From NCBI GenBank assembly GCA_038154685.1, contig JAYPYW010000004.1, positions 32,473 to 96,472 of the forward strand: a stretch of DNA of 64,000 nt, in the 5' to 3' direction. Both the position numbers and the translations under genes were made by a program. The stretch is from Flavobacteriales bacterium. GTDB lineage: Bacteria; Bacteroidota; Bacteroidia; Flavobacteriales_C; GCA-002722245. Shown in pieces: positions 49,192 through 58,922 of this stretch (its first letter is position 1; each line of letters starts with the position of its first letter). The notes under the pieces are model-generated. The model did not search any database. It was not told the DNA's origin and worked only from the letters and a program-made list of their open reading frames with translations.

Positions 49192-49221
49192 AAAATGGTC
49201 GGGTTACCCGACCATTTTTTT
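49192..49221. terminator. bidirectional rho-independent terminator
   Basis: atggtcggg-tta-cccgaccat with an upstream A8 and a downstream T7. Confidence 0.7.
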
Positions 49222-49234
49222 AATATTTGGATTT

Positions 49235-49999
49235 TTATCCTTTTCTAACCTCGTCTAACCAAGGTTCTAAAATTTCATTAAATTCTTTTGGATGCTCCAT
49301 CATAGGAGCGTGACCACATTTGTCTATCCAGTTTAAAACTGAATTAGGCATTAATCTATGAAAGTCCTCAGCAACTTCAGGTGGAGTTACAATATCTTGT
49401 TTACCCCAAATTAAGTTTACAGGAATTGTGAAGTTCGGTAACTCCTTTTCCATGTTGTGTCGAATAGCCGATTTAGCCAAGGCTAAAATTCTAACTAATT
49501 TATTTCTGTCTCCAATAATTCCTTGAACTTCTTCAACTAATTCATCAGTTGCTAAAGCAGGGTCATAAAAAGTTTTAGCCGTTTTTTCACGGATATATTC
49601 TTTATCACCTTTTCTTGGATACTGGTTTCCAAATGCATTTTCATATAGTCCAGATGATCCAGTTAAACACATTGAGTGAACCTTCTCTGGCCAATTAGCA
49701 TAATAAACCAAAGAAACGTGTCCCCCTAGAGAGTTTCCTAAAAGAGTAATATTATCGTATCCTTTTAAATCAATAAACTCCTTAACATGTTTTGCTAATG
49801 ATTTAACTCCAGTTTTAACAACAGGTAAATCATATAAAGGAAGCATTGGTATAACAACTTTGTACTTTCCTTTGAAGTGCTCAAATAAATCTTGGAAGTT
49901 TGATAAAGCTCCAAAAAGACCATGTAATAGTATAACTACATCTCCTTCTCCTTCTTCTAAATACTTAAACTTTCCTTCTTCTTTGATTTCGTAATTCAT
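49235..49999 (-). CDS. alpha/beta-fold hydrolase
   Basis: HGLFG oxyanion region and nucleophile elbow GNSLGG. Start taken at MNYEIKEEG. Confidence 0.7.
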   Translation of the reverse strand: MNYEIKEEGKFKYLEEGEGDVVILLHGLFGALSNFQDLFEHFKGKYKVVIPMLPLYDLPVVKTGVKSLAKHVKEFIDLKGYDNITLLGNSLGGHVSLVYYANWPEKVHSMCLTGSSGLYENAFGNQYPRKGDKEYIREKTAKTFYDPALATDELVEEVQGIIGDRNKLVRILALAKSAIRHNMEKELPNFTIPVNLIWGKQDIVTPPEVAEDFHRLMPNSVLNWIDKCGHAPMMEHPKEFNEILEPWLDEVRKG

Positions 50000-50120
50000 A
50001 TTTCCTCGCGTCAATATCAAAAGCAAATATAACATAAAGCTATTATGGTTCAAAAGAAAAATTTTAATACTCGATAAGGAAAGTCAATTTGGGAAACGAA
50101 ATGACAAAAATATAGTTGAG

Positions 50121-50183
50121 GTTTCAGAATCCAGGCATCAGGCATCAGGCTTCTAAAACCTGAAATCTGAAGCCTGAAATCTG
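50121..50183. repeat. low-complexity tandem and inverted heptamer/undecamer repeats
   Basis: (aggcatc)x2-aggcttc followed by cctgaaatctg-aag-cctgaaatctg. tcaggcttc and gaagcctga form a 9-bp stem. Confidence 0.6.
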
Positions 50184-50320
50184 TCGTCAGACTTATCAAC
50201 AATCGAAATTTCTCCCACCATTTACCACATCTCTTAAGGTGTCTATAAACCACTGCATTTAAAGGGTTTTTGACTCGTTAGATAATAAGTCGTATCTTCG
50301 TTCGTTGTAAAGTTATTAAC

Positions 50321-50350
50321 AACGTGGTAAAAGGTGGTAAAAGGTGGTAG
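50321..50350 (+). promoter_or_regulatory. MraZ operator: three direct GTGGTA repeats at 10-bp period upstream of mraZ
   Basis: aacGTGGTAaaagGTGGTAaaagGTGGTAgaaac at 50324, 50334 and 50344, with a degenerate GTTGTA at 50304. A weak TACTTTTA -7-like element lies between the repeats and the mraZ ATG. Confidence 0.7.
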
Positions 50351-50384
50351 AAACTTCTTACTTTTATAATACCAGCAAAATGTT

Positions 50385-50843
50385 ATGACAAACCTGATTG
50401 GAGAATATGAATGTAAAGTTGACGCGAAGGGCCGATTATTGGTGCCTGCAGGTCTTCGTAAGCAGTTCTCTCCTGAAGCTGAGGGTAAGTTGTTCGTTAA
50501 GCGCGGTATTGAGAAATGTTTGGAGTTGTACCAAAAACACGATTGGGAGTCTGTTTCCGAAAAAGTGAGTAGCCTTAACCAGTTCGTTAAGAAGAACAGG
50601 GTATTTGCCCGTAAGTTCATCAGTGGTGCAACGCAACTAGAACTCGATAGCGTGGGGAGAATTAATCTTCCTAATGGCTTGTTAGAATATGCAGGAGTTG
50701 AAAAGGAATTAGTCCTTTTTGCATATGGTAACAAAATTGAGATTTGGGATAAGGCGGCGTACGATGCAGAATTAGACATGAGTGACAATGATTTTGCTGG
50801 TCTTGCTGAAGAAGTTATGGGAGATATTAACCTGGACGAATAG
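50385..50843 (+). CDS. mraZ: transcriptional regulator MraZ
   Basis: MTNLIGEYECKVDAKGRLLVPAGLRK; two MraZ repeats. Confidence 0.9.
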   Translation: MTNLIGEYECKVDAKGRLLVPAGLRKQFSPEAEGKLFVKRGIEKCLELYQKHDWESVSEKVSSLNQFVKKNRVFARKFISGATQLELDSVGRINLPNGLLEYAGVEKELVLFAYGNKIEIWDKAAYDAELDMSDNDFAGLAEEVMGDINLDE

Positions 50844-51740
50844 ATGCAATACCACAAATCAGTACTACTTAAGGAAAGCGTTGACGCATTAGAGGTTTCT
50901 CATGATGGTGTGTATGTGGATGTCACTTTTGGTGGCGGAGGTCATTCCAGAGAAATTCTAACAAGAGCCGAAGATTGTTCTTTGTATGCTTTTGATCAGG
51001 ATGAAGATGCTTTGGAGAATGAATTAGATGATGATCGACTAACGTTGATCCATTCTAATTTTTCCGACTTAGAAAATTCATTAAAACTGTATCGTGTAAA
51101 TGAGGTGGATGGAATACTTGCTGATTTAGGTGTTTCCTCTCATCAGTTTGACGCAGAAGAAAGAGGTTTTTCAATCCGGTTTGACGGTCCATTGGACATG
51201 AGAATGGGAAAAGGAATTCAGAAAACTGCAGCCGATATTATAACTGAATATACTTGGGAGGAGTTAGCAGAGATGCTAAGAAGTTATTCCGATTTGAAAG
51301 GAGCAGGAAGAATTGCTCGAAGAATCAAAGATGTGAATGACGACGAGCCTTTAAAAACTACCGGTGCTTTGGTTGAGGTGATTAAAAAATTAGCTCCGCC
51401 AAACAAACACAACAAGTTTTTAGCGCAGGTTTTCCAAGCATTAAGAATTGAGGTGAACAACGAAATGGAGGTTTTAAAAGCAATGCTTGAACAAACAGCC
51501 AAAATGTTGAAGCCAGGAGGGAAGTTAGTTGTGATTTCTTACCACTCGATTGAAGATAGGTTGGTTAAGAATTTTATGAGAGCAGGGAAGTTTTCTGGAG
51601 AGGAAGAAAAAGATTTTTTCGGGAACTCACTTTCACCTTTTAAGGTGATTACAAGAAAACCAATTGTTCCAACAGAGGAAGAGATTGAAAATAATAATAG
51701 AGCTCGAAGCGCTAAGCTTCGAATAGCAGAGAAAGTTTAA
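50844..51740 (+). CDS. rsmH: 16S rRNA (cytosine1402-N4)-methyltransferase
   Basis: HKSVLLKESVDAL…YVDVTFGGGGHS. Confidence 0.9.
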   Translation: MQYHKSVLLKESVDALEVSHDGVYVDVTFGGGGHSREILTRAEDCSLYAFDQDEDALENELDDDRLTLIHSNFSDLENSLKLYRVNEVDGILADLGVSSHQFDAEERGFSIRFDGPLDMRMGKGIQKTAADIITEYTWEELAEMLRSYSDLKGAGRIARRIKDVNDDEPLKTTGALVEVIKKLAPPNKHNKFLAQVFQALRIEVNNEMEVLKAMLEQTAKMLKPGGKLVVISYHSIEDRLVKNFMRAGKFSGEEEKDFFGNSLSPFKVITRKPIVPTEEEIENNNRARSAKLRIAEKV

Positions 51741-52067
51741 TTGAAAGAGAAACTTAAAATAAAAAAGTGGTTTGGGTTAAATGAAAAATTGTTTTTCAAA
51801 AACCTGCCATTCGTTCTTTTTCTTACAGGGTTAGGTTTTTTATACATCACCAACTCTTACTATTTAGAAGAAACAGTAAGGGAAATGGAAAGCATAAAAA
51901 ACCAAATCAATGATCAAAATAATGAGTTTGTCATTACTAAAACCCAAGTGAGTTTGAAAGGACAGAGAAATGAGGTGGTGGAGAAAGTTGAAAAGTTAGG
52001 CATGAAAGAGAGTAAAAAGCCTCCTTTTCAATTGGAAGAAAATAATAGCAAAACAGAAAACGAATAG
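51741..52067 (+). CDS. ftsL: FtsL-like cell division protein
   Basis: 108 aa with a single TM helix and then a coiled-coil segment, in the ftsL slot between rsmH and ftsI. Confidence 0.55.
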   Translation: MKEKLKIKKWFGLNEKLFFKNLPFVLFLTGLGFLYITNSYYLEETVREMESIKNQINDQNNEFVITKTQVSLKGQRNEVVEKVEKLGMKESKKPPFQLEENNSKTENE

Positions 52068-52080
52068 TTGTATTAATTAA

Positions 52081-54168
52081 GTGGAACCAAAGGCAAACAT
52101 ACTCAAGAGAGTTTACCTTTTCTTTTTCGTGTTAGTGGCATTTAGCTTACTTATTGTGGCGGCGACTGTAAATATCCAGTATTTCAAGGGGGATGAGGTA
52201 CAGGTTGCAGTAAAAACTACAAGCGTAAAAAAGAGAACTTTTCCTGCGAAAAGAGGAGATCTTTATGCTAAAGATGGAAGCTTATTAGCTACTTCGTTAA
52301 CTTATTATGAAGTGGGATTGGATTTAACTTCTCCTTCCATTAATGAAGATACTTTAAGCAAGTATGCTGGAGCATTGGCTGATTCGTTAGAGCTTTTAAT
52401 AGGGAAGAGAACTGCTAAAGAATACTACAGAGGAATTACTCAAGCCTACAAAGATTCTGTAAGATGGTATCCATTGAGCAGAGGTTTAAATTACCCTGAA
52501 TTCCAAAAATTAAAGAAGTTCCCTTTTATTAATCAAGGAAGATTAAAAAGCGGTTTAGCATACAGAAAGTATACAAAACGTAAAAAACCATTTGGCGTTT
52601 TAGCATCGAGAACAATTGGTTCAAGAGCGCCTTTCGGTTTAGAAGGTGCATATGATTCTTACCTAAAAGGGGAAGACGGAGAGCAATTACAGAGAAGAAA
52701 ATCCAACGTTTGGGTTCCAGTAAATGAATCAAATATTAAGGAGCCGATTAATGGAGCTGATGTTTATTCTACTATTGATATAAATATCCAAGAGGTAGCT
52801 GAAAACGCTTTAAAGGATCAACTATTTCATAACAAATCTGATTATGGATGCGCGATTGTGATGGAGGTTGAAACTGGTAAAATTAGAGCCATCGCTAACT
52901 TATTAATTGATACAGCAACGGGTCAGTTTACTGAAGCAAGAAATTATGCCGTTGCCGATGCAGAAGAGCCGGGGTCAACAATCAAATTAGCAAGTTTCAT
53001 GGCTGCTTTGGAAAAAGATCAATTTGATTTAGATAAGAAGAAATATGATGTGGGTCACGGAGTTTATAAGGTTTACGATCGAAAAGTAAGGGATTCACAT
53101 ACTTATCCAATTCGTCAGACTTTCTCTGCGAGAGAGATTTTCGAAAAGTCTTCAAATGTAGGAACTGTTAAATTAATAGAAGAGTACTACAAAGACAATC
53201 CAGGTGAGTACATCGAAAGATTGTACAGCTTTGGATTACATGATAAGCTGGGAGTAGACATCATTGGTGAAGCAACTCCAAAAATAAAATCTCCATCAGA
53301 TGAGGATTGGTATGGTACAACTTTGCAATGGACATGCCACGGTTATGAAACTCAATTTACCCCTCTTCAAATATTAACCTACTACAATGCAGTTGCCAAT
53401 AATGGTAAACTGGTTAAACCAATCTTTATTGAGAAGATTGTTGACGAAAACAAAAAAGAAACAGTTTTCGAACCACATGTGATCAAGTCTTCAATCTGTT
53501 CTCAAGAAACAGTTGGAAAACTTCAGGAACTGCTAAATGGTGTTGTTGAAAGAGGAACTGCTAAAAGACCATTTAGAGGGTCATTATATAAAGTAGCTGG
53601 GAAAACGGGGACTGCGAAAATCAATTATGCTAAAAACGGAAAAAGCAAAGTGGAATATAGAAGTTCATTTGCCGGATACTTCCCAGCGGATAACCCTAGA
53701 TATTCTTGCATTGTTGTTGTTACTAATCCTCGTGAAAACGGATTTTATGGAGGAAGCACTGCAGCTCCAGTATTCAGAAAGATTTCAGACAGAGTTTACG
53801 CATTAGATAAAGAATTAAGAACCGAACTCATCGCCGAGAACAAAAAAGTAAATGTGAAAGCGATGAACGGCCTAGAAAACGAAATGGTAACTGTTGCTAA
53901 AACACTTAAAATGAAGGCCGATGTTCGAGGAGAGAACACATATGTGTCGGCAAAAGTGAATCAAGGAGAATTGTCGACTAAAGAATTAAAGGCGCAAGGA
54001 GATCAAGTACCAAATGTAAAAGGTTTATCGGCAAAAGATGCATTGTTCTTATTGGAAGAAAGAGGGTTAACAGTTAAGATTTTAGGAAAAGGAAAAGTAA
54101 TTAAACAAAGCCTTAAACCTGGTAGTAAGGTGGTAAAAGGTAAGCAAATTGAAATCACTTTAGGATAA
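52081..54168 (+). CDS. ftsI: penicillin-binding protein 3 (peptidoglycan D,D-transpeptidase) with C-terminal PASTA domain
   Basis: N-terminal TM anchor, active-site STIK (EPGSTIKLASF), SSN (KSSNVGT) and KTG (GKTGTA) motifs, and a PASTA-like C-terminus. GTG start. Confidence 0.9.
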   Translation: MEPKANILKRVYLFFFVLVAFSLLIVAATVNIQYFKGDEVQVAVKTTSVKKRTFPAKRGDLYAKDGSLLATSLTYYEVGLDLTSPSINEDTLSKYAGALADSLELLIGKRTAKEYYRGITQAYKDSVRWYPLSRGLNYPEFQKLKKFPFINQGRLKSGLAYRKYTKRKKPFGVLASRTIGSRAPFGLEGAYDSYLKGEDGEQLQRRKSNVWVPVNESNIKEPINGADVYSTIDINIQEVAENALKDQLFHNKSDYGCAIVMEVETGKIRAIANLLIDTATGQFTEARNYAVADAEEPGSTIKLASFMAALEKDQFDLDKKKYDVGHGVYKVYDRKVRDSHTYPIRQTFSAREIFEKSSNVGTVKLIEEYYKDNPGEYIERLYSFGLHDKLGVDIIGEATPKIKSPSDEDWYGTTLQWTCHGYETQFTPLQILTYYNAVANNGKLVKPIFIEKIVDENKKETVFEPHVIKSSICSQETVGKLQELLNGVVERGTAKRPFRGSLYKVAGKTGTAKINYAKNGKSKVEYRSSFAGYFPADNPRYSCIVVVTNPRENGFYGGSTAAPVFRKISDRVYALDKELRTELIAENKKVNVKAMNGLENEMVTVAKTLKMKADVRGENTYVSAKVNQGELSTKELKAQGDQVPNVKGLSAKDALFLLEERGLTVKILGKGKVIKQSLKPGSKVVKGKQIEITLG

Positions 54169-55631
54169 TGAAATTACTATCGGATTTATTATATAAAACA
54201 GGAATTGAAGAGGTAAAGGGGAACACTAATCTTGCTATCACTTCAATATGTTTCGATTCGCGCAAAGTGACGCGCGACTGTTTGTTCATTGCTACAAGAG
54301 GAACAACCGTTGATGGTCATTCTTTTATCGAAGGTGCTATTAATGACGGTGCAATGGCTATTGTTTGTGAAGAGTTTCCGGAAGAAATTTTAGAGAAAAT
54401 CACTTACGTTAAAGTGAAGAACTCTCAGAACGCTTTGGGAATTATTGCTTCTAACTTTTATGATAATCCTTCAGAAAAATTAAAGTTAGTTGGTGTTACT
54501 GGAACAAACGGTAAAACCACTACTGCTACTTTATTGTACTTGTTGTTTAGAAGCTTAGCAAAGAAAGCAGGTTTACTTTCCACAGTTAAAAACAGAATTA
54601 TTGGGGAGACAATCCCATCAACTCATACAACACCTGATGCTATCGCAATTAATGAATTATTAGCGCAAATGGTGGAGAAAGGTTGTACGCATTGTTTCAT
54701 GGAAGTGAGCTCTCATGCAATTCACCAAAGAAGAATTGCAGGTTTAGAGTTTGATATCGCGTTGTTTACAAACATCACGCATGATCACTTAGATTACCAC
54801 AAAACATTTGATGAGTACATTAAAGCGAAGAAACAATTCTTCGATGAGCTACCAGTAGGAACTGTTGCTATTACAAACGCAGATGAGCGTCATGGCGCAA
54901 CAATGACTTTAAATACTAAAGCCGACGTAAAGAAATACGGATTAAAGGCGATGGCTGATTATAAATGTAGACTAGTAGAGAATTCATTCGAAGGTTTACA
55001 GTTAAACATTGACGGGCAGGATGTGTGGACTAGAATAGTAGGATCGTTCAATGCTTATAATTTATTGGCTGTATATGCTACAGCTATTGAGTTAGGTGAA
55101 GATAAAATGGAGGTGTTAACTTCATTAAGTAGCCTATCTGCAGTTGAAGGAAGATTTCAACATTTCAAATCACAAAGTGGGGTGATCGCAGTTGTTGATT
55201 ACGCACACACACCAGATGCATTAAAGAAGGTATTAAATACCATAAAAGATATTAGATCGGGGAATGAACAACTAATTACAGTTGTTGGTTGTGGAGGAGA
55301 CAGAGATAAAGAAAAACGACCGCTAATGGCGCGCATAGCTGCCAACTTAAGCGATCGTGTTTTTGCTACTTCAGATAACCCAAGATCAGAAAATCCTGAC
55401 GCAATAATTAATGAAATGAAGATGGGATTAGATCCTGTTGAATTAGCCAAAATTCTATCTATTACAGATAGGGCTGAGGCCATTAAAACTGCATGTACTT
55501 TAGCTCAACCTGGCGACATTATAATTGTCGCCGGGAAGGGTCATGAAAAGTACCAGGAAATAAATGGTGTGAAGCATCCATTTGATGACTTTGAAGTGTT
55601 AGAAGATTCATTCAAAATATTGCAGAAGTAA
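54168..55631 (+). CDS. murE: UDP-N-acetylmuramoyl-L-alanyl-D-glutamate–2,6-diaminopimelate ligase
   Basis: P-loop [11 protein letters not shown], and a DNPR motif consistent with meso-DAP specificity. Confidence 0.9.
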   Translation: MKLLSDLLYKTGIEEVKGNTNLAITSICFDSRKVTRDCLFIATRGTTVDGHSFIEGAINDGAMAIVCEEFPEEILEKITYVKVKNSQNALGIIASNFYDNPSEKLKLVGVTGTNGKTTTATLLYLLFRSLAKKAGLLSTVKNRIIGETIPSTHTTPDAIAINELLAQMVEKGCTHCFMEVSSHAIHQRRIAGLEFDIALFTNITHDHLDYHKTFDEYIKAKKQFFDELPVGTVAITNADERHGATMTLNTKADVKKYGLKAMADYKCRLVENSFEGLQLNIDGQDVWTRIVGSFNAYNLLAVYATAIELGEDKMEVLTSLSSLSAVEGRFQHFKSQSGVIAVVDYAHTPDALKKVLNTIKDIRSGNEQLITVVGCGGDRDKEKRPLMARIAANLSDRVFATSDNPRSENPDAIINEMKMGLDPVELAKILSITDRAEAIKTACTLAQPGDIIIVAGKGHEKYQEINGVKHPFDDFEVLEDSFKILQK

Positions 55632-55632
55632 G

Positions 55633-56859
55633 ATGTTATACTACTTATTTGAGTACTTAAACGAAATTGATTTCCCAGGAGCGGGAGCATTCCAGTTCAT
55701 TACAACTAGAGCTGCGTTTGCAATTATTGTGTCACTTATTATTTCGATGATTTTAGGAAAGAGAATCATCAAGATGTTGCACAAATTGCAAGTTGGTGAA
55801 ACAGTTAGAGATTTAGGTTTAGAAGGACAGTTAGAGAAGTCAGGAACACCGACAATGGGTGGCTTATTAATTTTGGCAGCTATCTTAATTCCTACTTTAC
55901 TATTCGCAAAGTTGGATAACATTTATATCATAATGTTATTGCTTTCAACAATTTGGCTTGGGCTGATTGGATTCTTAGATGATTATATTAAAGTATTTAA
56001 GAAGAATAAGGAAGGACTTAAAGGAAAAATGAAAGTTGTTGGTCAGATCGGAATAGGAGTGATCGTAGGAGCAACGCTTTTCTTTAGTGATGATGTTGTA
56101 ATAGCAGAAGAATCTCCAGAATCTACAATTGAATTAGTTGACGGGAAGGTTGAGAAAAATACGATCTGGGATCAGAAGAAATCGTTATCCACTACAATTC
56201 CATTCTTCAAGAATAACGAATTAAATTATGGAGATGCAGTTGAATGGATTGGTTTAGACCCAACGGAATGGGGATGGTTAGTTTTTATTCCAGTTGTAAT
56301 TGTAATTATCACGGCAGTTTCTAACGGTGCTAATTTAACCGATGGAATAGATGGTTTAGCAACTGGTACTTCCGCAATAATCGGAGTTGCTTTAGGTGTG
56401 CTTGCCTATGTATCAGGTAACGCCTTTTTCGCAGATTACTTAAATATTATGTACATCCCTGATACAGGTGAGTTAGTAATATTTATGGGAGCTTTTGTAG
56501 GAGCATGTATTGGGTTCTTATGGTACAATGCTTACCCTGCTCAAGTATTCATGGGAGACACTGGAAGTTTAGCTTTAGGTGGTATCATCGCAACATTCGC
56601 TATTGCTATCAGAAAGGAGTTATTGATTCCAATTTTATGCGGAATATTCTTAGTGGAAAACCTGAGTGTTATCATGCAGGTGGGATACTTCAAATACACA
56701 AAGAAAAAGTTTGGTGAAGGAAAGCGAATTTTCAAAATGGCGCCTTTACATCACCATTACCAAAAGTCTGGTTACCACGAAGCAAAAATTGTTAGTCGAT
56801 TCTGGATTGTAGGAATCTTACTAGCCATTTTCGCAATCGCTACACTTAAGCTTAGATAA
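55633..56859 (+). CDS. mraY: phospho-N-acetylmuramoyl-pentapeptide transferase
   Basis: Polytopic membrane protein with the NxxNxxDGxDGL motif ([14 protein letters not shown]). Confidence 0.9.
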   Translation: MLYYLFEYLNEIDFPGAGAFQFITTRAAFAIIVSLIISMILGKRIIKMLHKLQVGETVRDLGLEGQLEKSGTPTMGGLLILAAILIPTLLFAKLDNIYIIMLLLSTIWLGLIGFLDDYIKVFKKNKEGLKGKMKVVGQIGIGVIVGATLFFSDDVVIAEESPESTIELVDGKVEKNTIWDQKKSLSTTIPFFKNNELNYGDAVEWIGLDPTEWGWLVFIPVVIVIITAVSNGANLTDGIDGLATGTSAIIGVALGVLAYVSGNAFFADYLNIMYIPDTGELVIFMGAFVGACIGFLWYNAYPAQVFMGDTGSLALGGIIATFAIAIRKELLIPILCGIFLVENLSVIMQVGYFKYTKKKFGEGKRIFKMAPLHHHYQKSGYHEAKIVSRFWIVGILLAIFAIATLKLR

Positions 56860-56867
56860 AACAAAGA

Positions 56868-58208
56868 GTGAGCAAGCGATTAGTCATACTAGGTGCTGGG
56901 GAGAGCGGTGTTGGAGCTGCAATCCTAGGTAAACAAAAAAACTATGAGGTTTTTGTTTCCGATATGGGAACAATTGCCAAAAAATATAAAGACGTTCTTT
57001 CAAGAGAAGAAATCTCATTTGAGGAAACAAAACATACCAAAGAGCAAATACTAAATGCTGATGTTGTTGTTAAAAGTCCAGGAATTCCTGATTCGGCTCC
57101 TTTAATTGTGGAGTTAAGAAACCAAGGTACTCAAGTTATCTCCGAGATAGAATTTGGGTCTTGGTACACGAAAGCCAAGTTAATTGGAATCACAGGAAGT
57201 AACGGTAAAACAACTACAACAAGCCTTACTTATCATATTTTGAAAAGTGCAGGTTTAAATGTAGGAGTTGGTGGTAACATTGGTGATAGTTTCGCGCTTC
57301 AGGTGGCAACATGTGATTACGATTATTATGTGTTGGAGTTGAGCAGTTTTCAATTAGATGGTATTAAAAAACTGAAATTAGATGTATCAATTTTATTAAA
57401 TATCACACCAGATCATCTGGATAGATATGACTACAGCCTAGACAAATACATCGATTCGAAGTTCCAATTGGTAAAAAACTTCGACGAAAATTCGGTTTTT
57501 ATTTACAATTCTGATGATGAAAACATCGCTAAAAAACTCCAAAATGTAACCCTTCCTAAATCGGTTTATCAATTCAGTTTGAGTAAGTTAACTGGTGTAG
57601 GTGCAGGGGTCAAAGACAGGAATATATTAATAGATATTAACAACCCTATGCTGATATCTGTTGATAGTGTTTCCTTGAAAGGCAAGCATAATTCGTATAA
57701 TATTATGGCATCTGTTTCAGCGGCATGTGTTTTAGGCATTGATGAAAAGAAAATTTTAGTTGCTGTGGAATCTTTTCAGCCTATCGAGCACAGAATGGAA
57801 CGGGTAGTTGTTCTTAACGGAGTTGAATATATCAATGACTCAAAGGCTACTAATGTGGATAGTACCTTTTATGCATTGGAAAGTATGGACAACAACGTTA
57901 TTTGGATTGCTGGTGGTGTGGACAAGGGGAATGATTATTCCCAACTTATCCCTTTAGTAAAATCCAAAGTTTATGGTATGGTTTGCTTAGGCAAGGATAA
58001 CGAAAAGTTGCATGCAGCTTTCGGAGGAATTGTTGAGCGAATCGAAGATGCAAGTAGTGCTGATGAGGCAGTAAAAAGGGCTTCTGCAATGGCAGAAGAG
58101 GGGTTCACTGTGTTGTTGTCACCAGCTTGTGCAAGTTTTGATTTGTTTTCGAATTACGAGGACCGTGGAAGAAAATTTAAAGAAGGAATAACCAAACTAA
58201 ACGAGTAA
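56868..58208 (+). CDS. murD: UDP-N-acetylmuramoylalanine–D-glutamate ligase
   Basis: Rossmann N-terminus, GITGSNGKTTTT P-loop and full C-terminal domain (…VLLSPACASFDLFSNYEDRG…). Confidence 0.9.
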   Translation: MSKRLVILGAGESGVGAAILGKQKNYEVFVSDMGTIAKKYKDVLSREEISFEETKHTKEQILNADVVVKSPGIPDSAPLIVELRNQGTQVISEIEFGSWYTKAKLIGITGSNGKTTTTSLTYHILKSAGLNVGVGGNIGDSFALQVATCDYDYYVLELSSFQLDGIKKLKLDVSILLNITPDHLDRYDYSLDKYIDSKFQLVKNFDENSVFIYNSDDENIAKKLQNVTLPKSVYQFSLSKLTGVGAGVKDRNILIDINNPMLISVDSVSLKGKHNSYNIMASVSAACVLGIDEKKILVAVESFQPIEHRMERVVVLNGVEYINDSKATNVDSTFYALESMDNNVIWIAGGVDKGNDYSQLIPLVKSKVYGMVCLGKDNEKLHAAFGGIVERIEDASSADEAVKRASAMAEEGFTVLLSPACASFDLFSNYEDRGRKFKEGITKLNE

Positions 58209-58223
58209 AATTTAATTAAAGTC

Positions 58224-58772
58224 ATGACAAAGGGAAATTTTGAATTCCAAAACAAACTAAGCATCGGTGACACGATGGCTGAGAACTTAAAACAAAACGT
58301 TGGGAACTTAAGAAAGGAAAGCTTAAGAGAAAAGTTTAGTGATTTTGAAAATGTTGAGCACAGATTAGAATTTGTGGCGAATGTACATGGTATTGAGTAC
58401 ATCAATGATTCAAAAGCTACTAATGTGAATTCAACTTGGTATGCGTTAGAAAGAATGCAAAGAGAAACTATTTGGATTGTTGGGGGTGTTGACAAAACAG
58501 TAGATTACTCTTCTTTACAGGAATTAGCTAAAGAAAAAGTAAGAGCTATTGTTTATATTGGGACCAACAAATCAAAAGTCTTTGAAAACTTTTTAGATAA
58601 AGTAGATATGATTGTAGATGCAGGATCAATGGAAGAAGCGGTTCAAATGGCATACTACATTGCAGACAAAGGGGAGACTGTTTTACTATCTCCTGCTTCA
58701 GCGAGCTTTAACATGTTCGAGAACCTAGAGGAAAGGGGGAATACTTTCAAACAAGCTGTAAGAAGCTTATAA
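58224..58772 (+). CDS. standalone paralogue of the MurD C-terminal domain (Mur-ligase C-terminal domain only, no ATPase core)
   Basis: 182 aa with a 45-aa unique N-terminus, then HRLEFVANVHGIEYINDSKATNVNSTWYALERM…IWIVGGVDKTVDY…VLLSPASASFNMFENLEERGNTFKQAVRSL. This aligns end-to-end with murD residues ~300-446 at roughly 45% identity. Confidence 0.7.
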   Translation: MTKGNFEFQNKLSIGDTMAENLKQNVGNLRKESLREKFSDFENVEHRLEFVANVHGIEYINDSKATNVNSTWYALERMQRETIWIVGGVDKTVDYSSLQELAKEKVRAIVYIGTNKSKVFENFLDKVDMIVDAGSMEEAVQMAYYIADKGETVLLSPASASFNMFENLEERGNTFKQAVRSL

Positions 58773-58922
58773 AACAAATTTGCTATGGCACGAGTTAAGC
58801 CGGATAAGAGTTTTGAGAAACGTCATCTCGCAACTATTGTCCTTTCTAGTGTATTATTGTTTTTGATTTTTAGTACTGTGTGGGTGATTAAAAGAATTAA
58901 GACAGGAGTATTATAAAGTCAA

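Noticed and set aside
50243-50857. 204-aa minus-strand ORF covering mraZ
   Set aside because: It is antisense to mraZ and its upstream operator repeats, with low-complexity Ser/Leu-rich translation.
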